Shown: positions 39,445-54,876 of the stretch, piece by piece
How the letters are laid out: each line of letters begins with the position of its first letter
Numbering within the stretch: position 1 is the stretch's first letter
From: Psilocybe cubensis
Taxonomy: Eukaryota
DNA: 64,000 bases
Direction of reading: 5' to 3'
NCBI GenBank assembly: GCA_017499595.2
Contig: CM039001.1
Coordinates: forward strand, 3,286,001-3,350,000
Notes under the pieces: generated by a model
What the model was told of the DNA's origin: nothing
Databases searched by the model: none
Seen by the model: the letters and a program-made list of their open reading frames with translations, nothing else
Translations under genes and position numbers: made by a program

Positions 39445-40059
39445 GAAGTCACTGTGGCACTGAACGATCACTCTCTCAAGAGCCGCAGGTGTTGGTGTCG
39501 TACTGGGTACGTGTATGTTCAAGTTTGTCTTTTAAAGAGAAAGATGACTCGGTGTGCAACAGTGTAACTGATATGCCTATGTATTACAAGAACGGAGATG
39601 ACAATGGGTGGATAGACAAAGGTGAGAAACACTCATCTCCGACAAGCTTCAAGTCATCATGTCGTCAGGTTCGTACTAATGGTCAGACGCGAGTTGGGAA
39701 GGGTGTGAACTCTGCATACTTTAGGCTATAGTATAGGCTGCCTTTGATTGAGGTACAATGCAGGCGGATGCGTTTTTGGAGACCTGAAGAAACTGTAAGT
39801 GACTAGTCCCTCAAGCCAAGTTCGTATTCGGTGAACGGCAATGTCGGGTCATCTACATTACGTCGTTCTAATTGAAACGGCGCCCGCTGTTATTGAAGGC
39901 AAAAAAAAGCACCAAACCTTCATAGAAAACAGACAAGATTCCAACTTTGCAAAAGTTACATTCTGAACATCCACTCAAGTGGAGATTTTTATTTTAATAC
40001 AGGTATGGTAGAACGAAAGAAAGTGAAACGAATAAATCAACGAAAACAAAGTTCGGATA

Positions 40060-41473
40060 TCACAGACGCCCAACATTTCCAAGATCCTTGCACGCCTCCT
40101 TGACACGCTCAGACAGAGTCTTCTCACCCTCACGCACCCACACTCGAGGGTCGTAAACTTTCTTGTTGGGCTTGTCAGCACCCTCAGGGTTACCGACCTG
40201 AGTTTGGAGATAATCCTTCTTTTTGAAAATGAAGTCCCGGATACCGACGAGATACGCAAATTGGGTATCGGTGTCGACATTCATCTTGACAACACCATGT
40301 CCAACAGCGGTGGAAATTTCCTCCTTTGTTGAACCAGAACCACCGTGGAAGACGAGATAGAGTGGCTTGGTATCCTTCTTGCCTATCTGCTCAGCGGTAT
40401 ATGCCTGATGGTTGCCCAAAATCTCGGGTTGAAGCTTGACATTTCCTGGCTTGTAAACACCGTGGACGTTGCCGAAGGCGGCGGCGATGCTGAAGTTAGG
40501 TCCGATGGCGCTCAAAGCCTTGTAGACATCGTAGATGTCATTGGGTTGTGTGTACAGGCTTGCGTTATCGACGCCAGTGTTGTCAACACCGTCTTCCTCT
40601 CCACCTGTAATACCGATTTCCATCTCGAGCCAGAGCCCGAGGGGAGCCATCCGCTTGAAGTATTTGACACAGGTGGCGATGTTTTGCTCTTTGGGTTCTT
40701 CGGAGAGATCGAGCATGTGGGACGAGAACAAAGGTTCCTGGTGCTCCTTGAAGTAAGCTTCATCAGCCTCAAGCATTCCATCGAACCAGGGGAGGAGCTT
40801 CTCCGCGCAGTGGTCGCTGTGCATGACGACGGGACTGGATAGAGCATGAGGGCTTGTTGCCATACCCCAAAAATATGGTACTTACACGCCGTAAGCCTTC
40901 GCCATCAGGCGGACATGGTGAGCAGCGCTGATAGCGCCCAAAATCGACGCCTGCTGCTTGTCATTGGCAAGGCCCTTGCCTGCAAAGTAGGCAGCACCGC
41001 CCTGGGAGACTTGGATGATGATGGGAGATTTGATGTCACTATCATCAAGATAAGATAAGAATAGACAGGAAACTTCGGCTATTTGACTCTGGTCACTCAC
41101 CGAGCGGCTTCGAGAACTGCATTGGCTACCGATGTGGAGGTGACATTCTGCGGGTAAAACCGGTCAGAAAATGCAACGAAGATGATATGTAGACAACTCA
41201 CGATGGCCTACAGAAGCTCAGATCAAAGTTAGGGGCTATCCATTTCAGAACTTACTGGGATTGCAAACTGCATACGTCAAGTCAGAAAAAGCAACATAAA
41301 AATCCCCAGTCAAATCACGTACCTTGTGTTCTTTGGCATAATCGAAGAGTTTGCGAACATTGTCGCCAGTCAAAACACCTGCCTGATGACGTAGACAACG
41401 ATCCAAAGATGATCAGTCATATCGCCCAGAGCAACAGGATATGACCTACAGGTACGACGTCGAGGACACCCAT
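40060..41473 (-). CDS. FBA1: Fructose-bisphosphate aldolase class II; includes 12-nt and 6-nt microexons
   Basis: MGVLDVVP, QVSQGGAAYFAGKG, HSDHCA, FSSHMLDLSEE, EMEIGITGGEEDGVDN, FGNVHGVYKPG, VFHGGSGS, KMNVDTD, YDPRVWVRE. Confidence 0.97.
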
Positions 41474-41532
41474 ATTTGAGAATTGGTCGTGGAGGTTCGG
41501 GATAAAGCAATGGAAGGTACGCGGCGGGGGGC

Positions 41533-41539
41533 TTTTATA
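41533..41539 (-). promoter_or_regulatory. TATA box of FBA1
   Basis: TATAAAA on the minus strand about 60 bp upstream of the FBA1 ATG. Confidence 0.55.
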
Positions 41540-42989
41540 GCAACGCAGATGCGATGTCTGAAATCGATGTCATCTGCGATCATGTGATCTGACCCATCGG
41601 TGAGCCGCGCCCCTTTCTGGGCAGCGGTTCACATCGTTCGTAAGAGATTTCGCATGGTAATCAATGGTACTAGGTAAGTCATATCCGTTATCTGTCGGAC
41701 CAGAGCTGCCCAGGGTCTATAGCTTGGTTTGGGGCAATTTAACGGAGTTCATTGGGATACAGGTTAGGGACGCCCGTTTAGGCGCGAGTACGTGAGTACT
41801 CCGTGTTATTAAAGCCGAATCAAAGCCGATTCATCGCGGAGATAATATCATGGCCAGTTAGTCCTCTATCAATGGGAAAGAGCCAATCAGAGACCTTATT
41901 TTGCATTCGAGCCTATAATATATGCTTGAATGGGACTAGTCCTTTACCATTTACCTGCATATCAAGTAATCCCGACAAAATCACAGCATAGAAATATCTG
42001 TTCTCTGTAACACAATGAAGTGAATAATAACACATTCTTCCCTTGCTACTTTTGTATTTATAAGCACGTTTAAACAGTATCTATTCAGTGTACTTATCAC
42101 CAATCAAACCTAGAGGAAGATAAATAGGGAATAAGTGGATTACCTCCAATGATTGAGCAATTATTCTGAAGTTCTTGACTCATTTCAGATTTACTACTCC
42201 CAGGATTGCACAACCGGAATGTTGAATTAAAAAAATTAAGTTAAAACCGCGAACATTATTGATTCGTATCATTACATGCGTGCTAGGATAATTTGATACT
42301 AGTCGAATGACAAACGCTGAACATACACCTACTGGGATACACTAAAGCTCTAGGTAACTCAGATTACCAAGTGATTTTGGAGTGATTCGGTACTTTTATC
42401 TTGTAGCATCTTTGCTGCAAGTTTTTAGTAATGAAATTTATTGAAGTTCACCACACTTCTTTAAGCGTCTGCGATCCTGAAAGGCTATCAAGTAAGAAAA
42501 TAACAAAGAATCTAAACAGTTCAATGCCAGTAGAATAAAAAATAGAGTATGCCTTGATATTGCTTCAAACTTGCACTGCTTAACATGCCTAACATAGGTG
42601 CTATGTGAGAAAATCATAAATGCGTTTGATATAGCCACTATACCCTAAATCTCATGGTTTTAAAAATCACACGAACGGGAACAATATATTTATTTACGGA
42701 GACGGATCGCGGAGAGCCCTTTGACAATTGTTTGTCCTCTTTCCATAGATAGAAGTAGCGTCACACATCATCTGACCATCACATCATGCTTATTGTCACA
42801 CGCTGCTTTAGATTTCGCCAGCGCAATGGACACGTCGTTGGTTTATTCTCCACAAAGACGCTTGGAATCCGTTCCTTCAAATCCCCTCCTTTTCTCTGTC
42901 TGACATCGATACGTAACTTAATATTTGTAACCTTCGAAGGCCCGCAATCCCACAGCAACCTGGTCGCCAAACACTAAAATCTAGCCACA

Positions 42990-45565
42990 ATGGCTACATA
43001 CGAATACGATGAGGCCGGAGTCATGGCCGCGTACTTTATTATCACATTCCTTGCCATGGTCCTAGTACCTCTCACCATCTCCTCACTCACAAAGATATCC
43101 GGTGCGTTGGTACTCTTCTAAATACTTTAATGGCATACATTAATGCAGAGGCAACCACTTCAGCCAAGGGAATTACCGATGGATGCCAGTGCACACCATG
43201 CGTCGAACAGCGCGAAGCTATTAGCAAGCAAGAGCGGGGGTCGTTATTGAATCCTAAAATCAGCAGGAGGTGCGCATCCGTCTGTACTAATGGAATCTCA
43301 ACTTGACAATCTTGTTTTTCAGGACCTATTTCCTACTTGGAGGGTGGTCGTTATTCGCGTTTGTTTGCTACAGAGTGTCACTATTGAAAGTGGAGAATAA
43401 AATCTATAATCCTTTTGAGATTCTTGGTATCTCTACAGTACGTCCCATATCGTTAGTCCAACAAAATCATTCTAACTTATGTGGCAGAGTATGCCGGAGA
43501 AGGACATCAAGTCACACTTCAAAAAGCTCTCAAAACAATTGTACGTGGCATTCCATGAGGCTATATGCGCTTTATAATCTAACACGCCTCCAAAGCCATC
43601 CTGACAAAGTTAAAGCTACCGCAAACATGACAATTGAGGCTATCCAGGACCGCTTCGTAGAGATCACCAAAGCCTACAAATCGTTAGTCACCTTTCTTCA
43701 TATGTCGGAAATGAAAGTTAATTACAGATCCCACGCCCAAACAGCTTAACAGACGAACGCATCAAAGAGAACTGGATTAAATACAACCATCCTGATGGTC
43801 CCCAGAGCACGTCAATGGGTATCGCTCTGCCTAAATGGATTATTGAAGGCAAGAATAGAATTTGGGTTATGGCTGCCTACGGTCTTGTCTTCGGCGGTGC
43901 TCTCCCAGCTCTTGTTGTACGTCTAGCTTGCATGTATATATGCGCGTGATATGTCTTGTTCAACACATTTTTGACAGGGACGATGGTGGTTCGGCAACAG
44001 GCAAAAGACGAAGGATGGAATTCATGCCCAGTCAGCAGCAGCGTTCTTCAAGACTATCAAGGAGGAATCTTCTATGGAGGAGGTGGTGGGTGCTCTTGGG
44101 AAAGCATATCAGTGGGAACTCCCAGTTGGCAAGTCCAAGTCCAGTGCAGAAATCGATGCTTTGGAGAAGACTATCAAAGAGGAAGTTGGTGCCAAATGGA
44201 CGGAGGTGCGGAAAATTGCTCAGGACTTCAACGGAGAGCTCCACGAGTCAAGAAGACAAGCTCTTGTCCTTATTTATGCGCATTTGTTGAGATTGGAAGT
44301 CAAAGATGCAGGGCTTAAGAAAAGTAAGTGGAGTCGAGATTGTATTATTATTGCAACTGCTTATCCTGCATGGCGAACTTAGAACAACAACAAGTTCTCC
44401 TCCAAACTCCAATGCTCCTTAATGCCCTTCTCAACGTATCAGTTGCTCGCACTTGGCTGCTTCCAACCCTGTCGATCATGCGTCTATACGGATACCTTGC
44501 ACAAGCCATTCCCACCAACGCCTCGCAACGCCTTAGGTTGACACAACTTCCACACATCAAGCAAGAAGATATTACACCGCTACCTGTTAAGGCAAATGAT
44601 ATGAGTGATGTCCTTGCCTCCCTGGAGGAGAAAGATGATCCCAGAACAAAGGATGTGAAGAAGGCTTTGGAAAAATGGGGACGTGTGGATATTGTTAGCG
44701 CTACTTTCAAAGGTGAGTTTTGCACTCGAGTTGTATATTAATCACGATTCTCTGTGCATTCTGACTTTGAGCACAGTTATTGGTGAACGTATTGTTACTC
44801 CATCGTCTATCATATACCTTCTTGTCAAGCTCCGCATTACTCCACCCGGAAGTACACCCAGCACGCCAGTAGAGTTGACTGTCGACGAGACCAAGAAGGC
44901 TGTTCAGCTTGAGGAAGAAATCGACGAAAAGTTCTTGGCTTCGCGGTTAGATGCCGAGGAACTTCCATCCTCTAAAACTAACGGTGGTGCAGCCCATGCG
45001 CCTTTCTGGCCTGGGGTGAGTATATATGCTCATGCTTAAATACTTGAACTGACTGTAAGCCCGTTTCTTTTGTTCAGACCCGCAAACCTTCGTGGTGGAT
45101 TGTTCTCGCCGATGACAAATCCAACCGCGTTGTTGTCCCACCAATGAAAATCACCGACATTCCTTACTCGCAGCCGGGCTCGGATAGGGATTATCGCTCG
45201 TATAAGATCCAATTCCAAGGCCCACCGAATACGGGTCTGTTTACATGGAAAGTCTACATTGTCAGCGACACATTCGTCGGTGAAGAAGCGACTACCGAGA
45301 TCTCTGTGAGTACCGCCGAACACTTTAGGTAACTGTTACTGATTTTTTTTTTGTACAGCTCAAGATCGAGGACCCACCTGCTGCTGAAGAAGCGCCTTCA
45401 GATGAAGACATTTCTGAGCCCGATGAAGACACTATTGCAGGTCAGATGGCAATGATGCGCGGCGGTAAAGTTAAGAAACGCGTCGAAGAGGAGAGCGAGG
45501 ATGAGAGCAGTGGAACTGATGACGATAAGAACGACACTGATAGCAGCGACAGTGATAGTGATTGA
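42990..45565 (+). CDS. SEC63: Translocon subunit Sec63 (J-domain + Sec63/Brl domain); multi-exon
   Basis: MATYEYDEAG, TM helices, YNPFEILGIS, FHPDK (HPD), EITKAYKSLTDE, HPDGPQ, GIALPKW, acidic C-terminus. Confidence 0.94.
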
Positions 45566-46376
45566 TGCTGATTGCTTGCTTGAGGTTATCCACTTCGCAT
45601 CTTTGACATAGCTTTGTTCATGTCTTTAAATTGTTTGAAGACATTGTGTGTTTTATTCTATTGGTACTCTTGGTGCCGTGTGTTTTTTTGGTATCGACAT
45701 ACTTACAACCTAAATGCTACTATCCTATCATTCAGACCTTCAGGATACTTGACACTATGAACGAATCACCTTGCAAGAAAGCCCTGGGGTTTGATCATAC
45801 CATGCGAGCGGCGGCGGCCATCCATTGAACCATTAGAATTCTTCTGTGAGATAAGATTGCCTCTTAAATGCACTGCATATATAGCGCTCGTCATTAACTG
45901 CAATTCTAACTCGTTAAGCTGCTTGAATGCTCGAAAACGAGACAGGGGCCAACTCTCCTTTAGTCATGAAAATCTGTCATGATCTCTGGCAAATCATATC
46001 TGTGTTAGAGTTTTAGTGATGATTTTAACCAAAAATAGAGGCACATATTAAATCTGATTCCGGAAACGGACGAAATCTGGGAGTTTTTTTTTTTTCACTT
46101 TGCCCCCTTTGTGGGTTCTTTTCTTCATTGCGTTTCAAGACTTGAATGTGGGGCTGCCGCCCGCCCATATGTGCAATGAATAATGACCTACCTATAACCA
46201 CAAGACTCAAGCTCTCGGCTGAAACACTATGCGGTCATCTCGGCGCTACGAATACAAGTCGCCTCTAGCTTATCATAAATAAGCTGGGTTCATTTCGTCG
46301 AAAAGCCTTTTCTCTTGCTTTTCTAGAAGATCTTGGACTCGAGCACACCTGGGATACTATCTGTATTTTTTCTGCC

Positions 46377-48896
46377 ATGGAGCTGCCACCAGGTATCATC
46401 TTTCTTACTCAAAGAGCGCCTAAGATCACTTTGCCCCCTTTGCTCACATATCTCGCTGCGCGGGTACTGGGTTCGGACTCGCTGTATGGATATCAGCCAT
46501 CGTGGTGGGCATTGGGCGTTGCGATGCTTGCCAGTCTGCCTCTTGCATTTACCGCTGCAATTGTCTGGGATGAAGTGTACATTAGGCTGGACGCCGCTCG
46601 CAAGGGTGCAGTTTTGCCTCCTCGCATCGGGGATTGGACTCCAGGAAACATACTCACGCTCATTAGACAAGTCAAGAGCTTTGAAAGGGGATATCCAGGT
46701 ATCTATCTTTGTCACTCATCAAGCCATTTGGATTCAATATTTTGCATTAGGAGAGTTTTTGGAGGATATATGCGCTCAAGTTAAAGCAGGCGTATTCAAT
46801 AATCGTATATTTTTTGAGAATAGGGTATGTATGCTTCTGGTCGCTGAGATCAAAACTCAAACTTATGAAGACATTCAGCTTGTTACAACTGAACCCGAGC
46901 ATCTGAAGGCCATGTTGGGAACGCAATTCGATCAATTTGAGAAAGGTTTGTCGGCTTTGTTGGCGCTATTGAATGCTGATTGTCGAGTTAGGTTCTGAAA
47001 CAAGAACGCTCGTATACCCATTGCTTGGGACAGGTGTATTTGCCGCTGACGGCAAGTTGTTATCATTCTTACCAAAATTGTGCTCTGACGCGTCCATTAT
47101 CTCTTTTTCAGGCGATCTATGGAAGTGGGTATCGTTGATAAGTGCAGTTACGAACCAACTAAAGCCTTTGAATCCATAGATTTCATCGTTCAATGACACG
47201 TCCTTATTTCACAAAAGAGCGCATCAGCGATTTTGAAAATTTTGACAGGCATGCGGAGGATGCAATTTCCCAACTCAAGGGCCGTCTGCGTGCAGGTTAT
47301 CCTGTTGATTTTCAGGTAAATATTGACTGAATGGGGTAGAAAAGCTACTGACGCGAACGTGCTGAGCAGGATCTTGTAGCTCGATTCACCCTCGATTCTG
47401 CAACCGTGTTTTTGTTCGGAAACGATGTTAAGTCATTGGCCGGAGTACTCCCATATCCTCATTATATCACCGACATACCTTCAACCGAAAGGCAAACGGA
47501 AGAACACCCAGCGTTACGCTTCGTCAACGCCTTTGCAGAAGCACAGACAATCATGGCCTGGCGCCTGCGCTACGGATACATGTGGCCGCTCGCCGAGTTC
47601 TGGCACGATAGGATAAAGGGCCCAATGAAGGTTGTGCATGATTTTGTTGACCCAATTGTAGCGGAAGCTATCAAGAAGAAAAGAGAAGGACATGGAAACG
47701 TGAAAGAAAAGGAGGAAGAAACCCTCTTGGAGAATTTGGTCAATTCGACAGAAGACCATATAACATTGCGAGATGAGATAATGTCTTTGCTGGTTGCCGG
47801 ACGTGATACGGTAAGTTCATGATTCGATGTATTTAAAGAAGATTTTTCATTTTCTACGGCAGACCGCCAGTGGATTAACATTCGTGGTCTATATGCTTGC
47901 GGAGTATCCCGAAGTACTTCGTCGTCTACGTGCAGAAGTTCTGGAGAAGGTTGGCCGTCATAGAACGCCAACGTATGACGACTTTAGGGAAATGAAGTAT
48001 ATGAAGGCTGTGATCAATGGTAAGTAATGCTTCTTGTCTTTACAATTAAGTATCTTCTTATGCTATAGTGGCGCAGAAACGATGCGCCTATATCCTGCTG
48101 TGTGAGCACGACTTTTCCGCTTTCCGATTATGATCTTACTGTGGAGCATGATTCATGAATAGGCCGTTTAATGTTAGGGCGTCCAAATGCGCAACAGTTC
48201 TTCCCAGTAAGCCAGGTTCTCAGGATAGACCGATGTATGTCCCCGCCAATACAAGGTGCGTTTTGTGTTGATTGTCAAATCTTGGAACTCTCGCTTATCA
48301 CAAATCAAGGCTGCCATACGCTACTTTTGTCATGCACAGGAGGACAGACCTATGGGGACCAGATGGTTAGTCCGAATATCGTACGCGTCATGTCAAGGGA
48401 TATGGCATAAACCAGACTATACACAGCTCGCGAGTTCGACCCAGATCGCTTCTTGGACGACAGGCTGCATAAATATCTCATCCCGAATCCGTTCATATTC
48501 ATTCCTTTCAACGCCGGACCAAGGATATGTCTTGGCCAACAGGTACGCCGAAACTGTTCGGTTAAGTTTTTTTTTCGAGCAGAGCCTCAAACGTCAGGTG
48601 GTATGGTCTAGTTCGCCTATCACGAGATGTCCTTTTTCCTGGTCAAGCTTCTGCAGCAGTTTTCTGGCATCTCGCTCGCAAGTGATGCCCAGCCCCCGCA
48701 ATCGCGCCCGCCATCGGAATGGGCGGAGGATACGAGCTACCCAAGGAAACAGAAAGAAAAGATCAGGCCTAAATCGCATTTGACCATGTATATCGAGGTT
48801 CGCCTTTTTTCTCCGAACCGACTTCATGGTTGTTAAATAATTTCACAGGGAGGGCTATGGGTGACGATGGAGGAAGCTAAAGACATAGATTTTTAA
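46377..48896 (+). CDS. Cytochrome P450, CYP63-like, copy 4; 13 introns
   Basis: MELPPG start, [56 protein letters not shown]. Confidence 0.92.
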
Positions 48897-49059
48897 TTTC
48901 CACGCGGAGTTTAACTCTTTGATGCGATTTGGAAAATTATCGAAGGCAGTTGGGGGGTATCAAAGTCCGATGTCTTTCTGCCTAGCTCCACTATAGTATG
49001 GGCGCTTCTACGTACTACTAATAATATGTCTAGCAAAGTCATTAACAATCATTCACTAC

Positions 49060-50517
49060 TTACACAGCAGTGGGCTCGTTCATCTCCGATATCTTATCCA
49101 TCCGACTTCGGTCGTCCGACGAGCGACGTTTTCCTAATCGGTCATCGCTCTTGTCCGCGTCACTCATGTCCTCAATGGTAGACAGGGCCCTTTCGCCTCG
49201 GATGCGCATTCCGCTCAGGCTGAAGCTCTGGTTCCCGGGTGCTGTCGATGGTACTGCCCACATGTCTGTGGTAATCTGTATATCCATGAAGTGACGACTA
49301 GTTAATTTACTGATATTGACACTTGGAGAGTAATTCGGTCATCACCTCGCCACTGCCTTGAATGTCTTTAATTTCCTTTTCTCGGTCTTGAAGAATTCCG
49401 AGGAAAGACTGTATATGAGTTCAGCCGAAGCGGGGAAGCTGTTAGCTTCTGATACAAGACGAGAGAAACAAAGCCTACATTGGTATATAGTCTTCCTAGA
49501 GGAAGCAGAAACACAATGTAAACACTAGTCTGTTTTGATGCTAAAAACAGAATTAAAACAGCTATTGAAAACACGGCGCTGAAGGATCCTGTCCGCATGA
49601 GCTTTCCGGTGATGTGGCTGCTGCGTGACCCAGAATATGGTCGCTTGACTTTTTCAGGGTTGCTTGGAAAAGCGGGGTATAGTATTAGGCTCGCTAGGGA
49701 TGAAACGGTTCATATGTTAGGCTAATAGAAAGTTATAATTAGGAATGACACTGACTTGCTATCAATATGTCCGCAAGCGTCTGCGCTGCAATCCAAACTG
49801 TAACCAGACTGCGATACGTTGAATGGCTGGATAAAACGACCGTTGACGATGTGCGTTTTCGACGGAGTTGTGGAGAGTGGCTCACTGATTGAACATAGAT
49901 ATCCCAAGCGCGTCTCCATAGATACCAGAGCTCAGCGCCATGACTCCAGCAACTGCACTGATGACCATTACACAAATCGAAAGGAATTGTGGAGATTTAG
50001 AGGAGTATTTAATTCTATTGTGCTTCGTATAAACCCGGGTGGTACATGAAAGGGTCGAAGGAAATCGCACCTGAATGCCATATAAAAATGCACTATCAGC
50101 CCTGAAATGGCGCTGCACACTGATATTACTGCGTATGTCCATAATTCCACTGTGGCGGTCACATTTAGTTACCGCGTCGGTTTGGAAGTGGGGTCGGGGG
50201 GAAATACAACTAACCACGACCCATGGCAGTGATATCTGTGTAATTCGTGACACTGCAGTAGATTAATTACACCCCACAGGTATTAGATTTAGTATTATCA
50301 CACATACCAGTAAACCCAAATCATATAGATAGCGCTAAATCAAGAGGAATGGGTTCATTAACAGAGATAAAGGGAAGCGCAGCGACAAAGGGTGCTTACA
50401 CCATTGTCTGAAAAGAGTCGACAGAAAACAATGTCCAAACACAGAGTCTAGTAAACCACCATCAAGTTTCAGATTCCTGTACATGGAGAAAATATGATGA
50501 CATACTTCAATATCCAT
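49060..50517 (-). CDS. Multi-pass membrane protein, DUF6534-like Agaricomycete family; multi-exon
   Basis: Hydrophobic exons (VISVCSAISGLIVHFYMAFR; WIAAQTLADILIA; TGSFSAVFSIAVLILFL; LPLGRLYTN) and a polar tail; boundaries approximate. Confidence 0.65.
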
Positions 50518-53500
50518 GAATCTTTCCATTCTGACCAAACGTGTTCAACGAATCAGCTACGATGTCGAAGTGGATTGGCAGGTGAAATGAAAGGACTGAC
50601 TGCTATTTCGATACGTCAAGTATTGAAATCCGATGACCCCAGACAAGTATGTGTTGACTAATTATAACCATTCAATTTAATATCCAATGACACGAAAATG
50701 CAGAGTTGTAGGCGAGTTACCGAATACCGACAGTACCAGAGGACCTGCAGGGAGAGAGACGACCAGTCGTTAACCCCAATCTTGCTCATTTAGTAGCAGT
50801 AGTTTTTACCAAGGACCTTGTCGTATTCACCCATTATCCCAACATATAACACTCACAGAGCGCAGACGTAGAAACCTCTACAGGGTAAACTGAATGGGCT
50901 TGACTAAAGATTGGGGAGTGGCAGTAGAGGTGGGGGATGCCAGCAAGCGCAACAGCATTCAAGAACCCGTCTTTTGTATCCACTTCCAAGGGCTGCGTGG
51001 ATATTCGACTTCTCATTTCCGAACCAATCAGCATATTGTCGAGAATCCAAAAGTTTGAACAGAAGGAGAAAGAATATCGCAAATGGAGCGTCCGTGCCGA
51101 AGGAGCGAAAAAGTCGGTTGACAGACATCTGGAGAAGCTGAGAATTTAGTTTCAGGGTCGTCGGCGCCAATTGCCAATTTGACGGCCAGATTTTCGGTGT
51201 CCGCCATATCACGGTTGATGTTCCTCCTAAGCCTGTTGCTCTAGACTTTTGAATACGTGATGAATGAAGGTGAAAGGGTATGTAGTATTGAACAAAGACA
51301 CCAGTTGGTCGCTCTAAGCACGATAATTATGGTATTTCATATCCCAAGACGAACAGTTGGCAGACCACCCACCTAGTGGAATTGGCTGAACCGGCCACCC
51401 GGATATATCACCGACTCCGTGGATCTATGCAAGGGTACGGACGATATCCCTTCCTAGTGTCCTTAATGCTTCTTCATCATCTTGACTTTGTATATCAGTT
51501 GAGCCTCGAGTAACAATTCAGAGTGGATTCTAGCCTGAAGTTCCATCAGACATCATACCCAGCCATCTTCTTAATCAAATGCAGGCGTATGGTGGATATT
51601 CTGCCCATGATCTTTCCCTTGGTTGTAATATGTAGCCTTTCTGGCATCCTAAGCCATGATTCTGCTAGGTAAGAACTCTGGTTTCCTGTAATGGCTTTGG
51701 TGGAAAAGAGCTACAGGCCAGATATTGAGCCAATGTTGAAAATTTAAAGCACTCGAGGCCTGACCGTCGTCAAAGGAACGCTTCATGGTCGTCATAGTGT
51801 TGTACTTAAGCAGACTGCGAAAGCTTTTAAGCATTATAGGAATTGAGCTAGGTCCTTCTGAGTCACCATGATCAGTAAAGTTTGCGTCGATTCCACCGTA
51901 CTTGCATTGAGTTTCCTTCAAATCCAATTTTCGAGCATGGCTATACTTGGTCCTCCAGAGACACAATTAAACAACTTTCAGACATACCTTCACTTGCTCA
52001 AGCTTGGATGTTATCATGAGAGATAATGTTGGGGGAACTGATGGTAGAAGAGAGAATTACGACGTACATTTGCGAGTGACAACCTGCAAATGCGATACTG
52101 CTGACGTCGGGAGGTTGCGCCGCCCCTGCGGTGGTGGTAGGTAAGTTAGATGAAACCAGTGAAGGACTGTGTGCGTATTGAGTTTTAAGGTTTCTCTGCA
52201 ATGTGATTTCTGGACATCTTCTGAAACTATAGGCGATGAGCCAATGCGACGCTTCTGATCCACGCCGGCGCGATTGGAGACGTAAGGCATTCAACCCTTC
52301 ACCCGAGGTCCCGATTTTGTGCATCTTTTCTTTTAGAACCTGTTCAGAGAGAAAATTAAAGCGAGAGTCAGAGCTATCATGAATGTACCATCTTCCATAA
52401 CTGACTGATGCGTGCAGTGGGAGGCGAGGACAGTCAAGTCATCATAAAATTGGCAACGATGTAGAACTCCTCGTCATCTATCAGCCCTCTGAGAGTCTTC
52501 GCTTACAATAGCCGAAGGATCCCTCAATCTCTGAAGCGCCTAGGATGTCGAGTGGACGTTACAGAGATGATATTGGAGGTACTGTGGGCAGCTCCAATCG
52601 AGATTGCGGGAGATTATCGATAGGTACCACACAGGTATTTGACGCAGATGACCAAAGGTGCAACAAAGGAGGGCTGAATAAAAGACAGATGACAGGCAGC
52701 ATGCAGGAGTCGCAGGATTTTTCCAGTGGATTTAAATTTGAATGTAGACCCCTGGATAATTCAGTTAGTTGGCAGCGCGCGTATTGCGGGGGATTGCAGG
52801 TTCATTGCGTCCTAATCGTGCCAAAAAATCCAGACTGAGATGTCTTCGTGTAGAGTACAACTTGAATGTATGCATATATTGCAGATAAAGAGGTTGCGTG
52901 TATATACCGATGAAGGGCACATCTATGCCTGTTAAGATATTGCGGTTTTCTTCACTCGTAAGATGCAGCTACAGCACCACTCCGAAACGTGTGAAGCATT
53001 CAAAGTTCCTTCGACAAACAAAATTTTCGTCAGAAAAAAACATGCTTCACCTTTTGATCTGCTATCGCGGCACTCACAATTTATGCACCCCGATGAATCC
53101 CATCTTGTCTACGTGCTTTAGAACATAAACTCCTCCGATCTACGTTGAAAGTGATGTATAAATCTGGCAATTCTGCGGACGATTATAAGCGAGAATATGC
53201 GCTCTGATAGCGTGCCTTTCTCGCGGTAATTTACAGAAGCTTTTGGTTGTTCGGTCGCCAAAGAGGTTCCTCTTGTAGCCCCTGTATTGTGGCATAGACT
53301 CTGAATTTGTCCAATGCTATACCATCCATCGACGACTGATAAGGAGCTGAGATATTATACACCAGGGTGTACACGGTATCGCATTCGCCAAGACATGGTG
53401 ATAGTCAGGAAGGAAGAGAATGAAAGGGCAATCAGTCGCTTTTGGCAGGTTGCATGTGGTGCGGCCAACATTGATCAGACCTGTTGCACACGACCACGGC

Positions 53501-53530
53501 CACAACTTGACAAGTATACTCTGAGCAACC

Positions 53531-54764
<1,234 letters not shown>

Positions 54765-54876
54765 GGGTTTTAGGGGCACATACGACAACATTGTATTTCC
54801 ATCATATACCAATCGAACATTTATAGCATTTCAGACATCCTTTGGCCAAAACAATTTAGGAAACCGTGTGTTTTTC

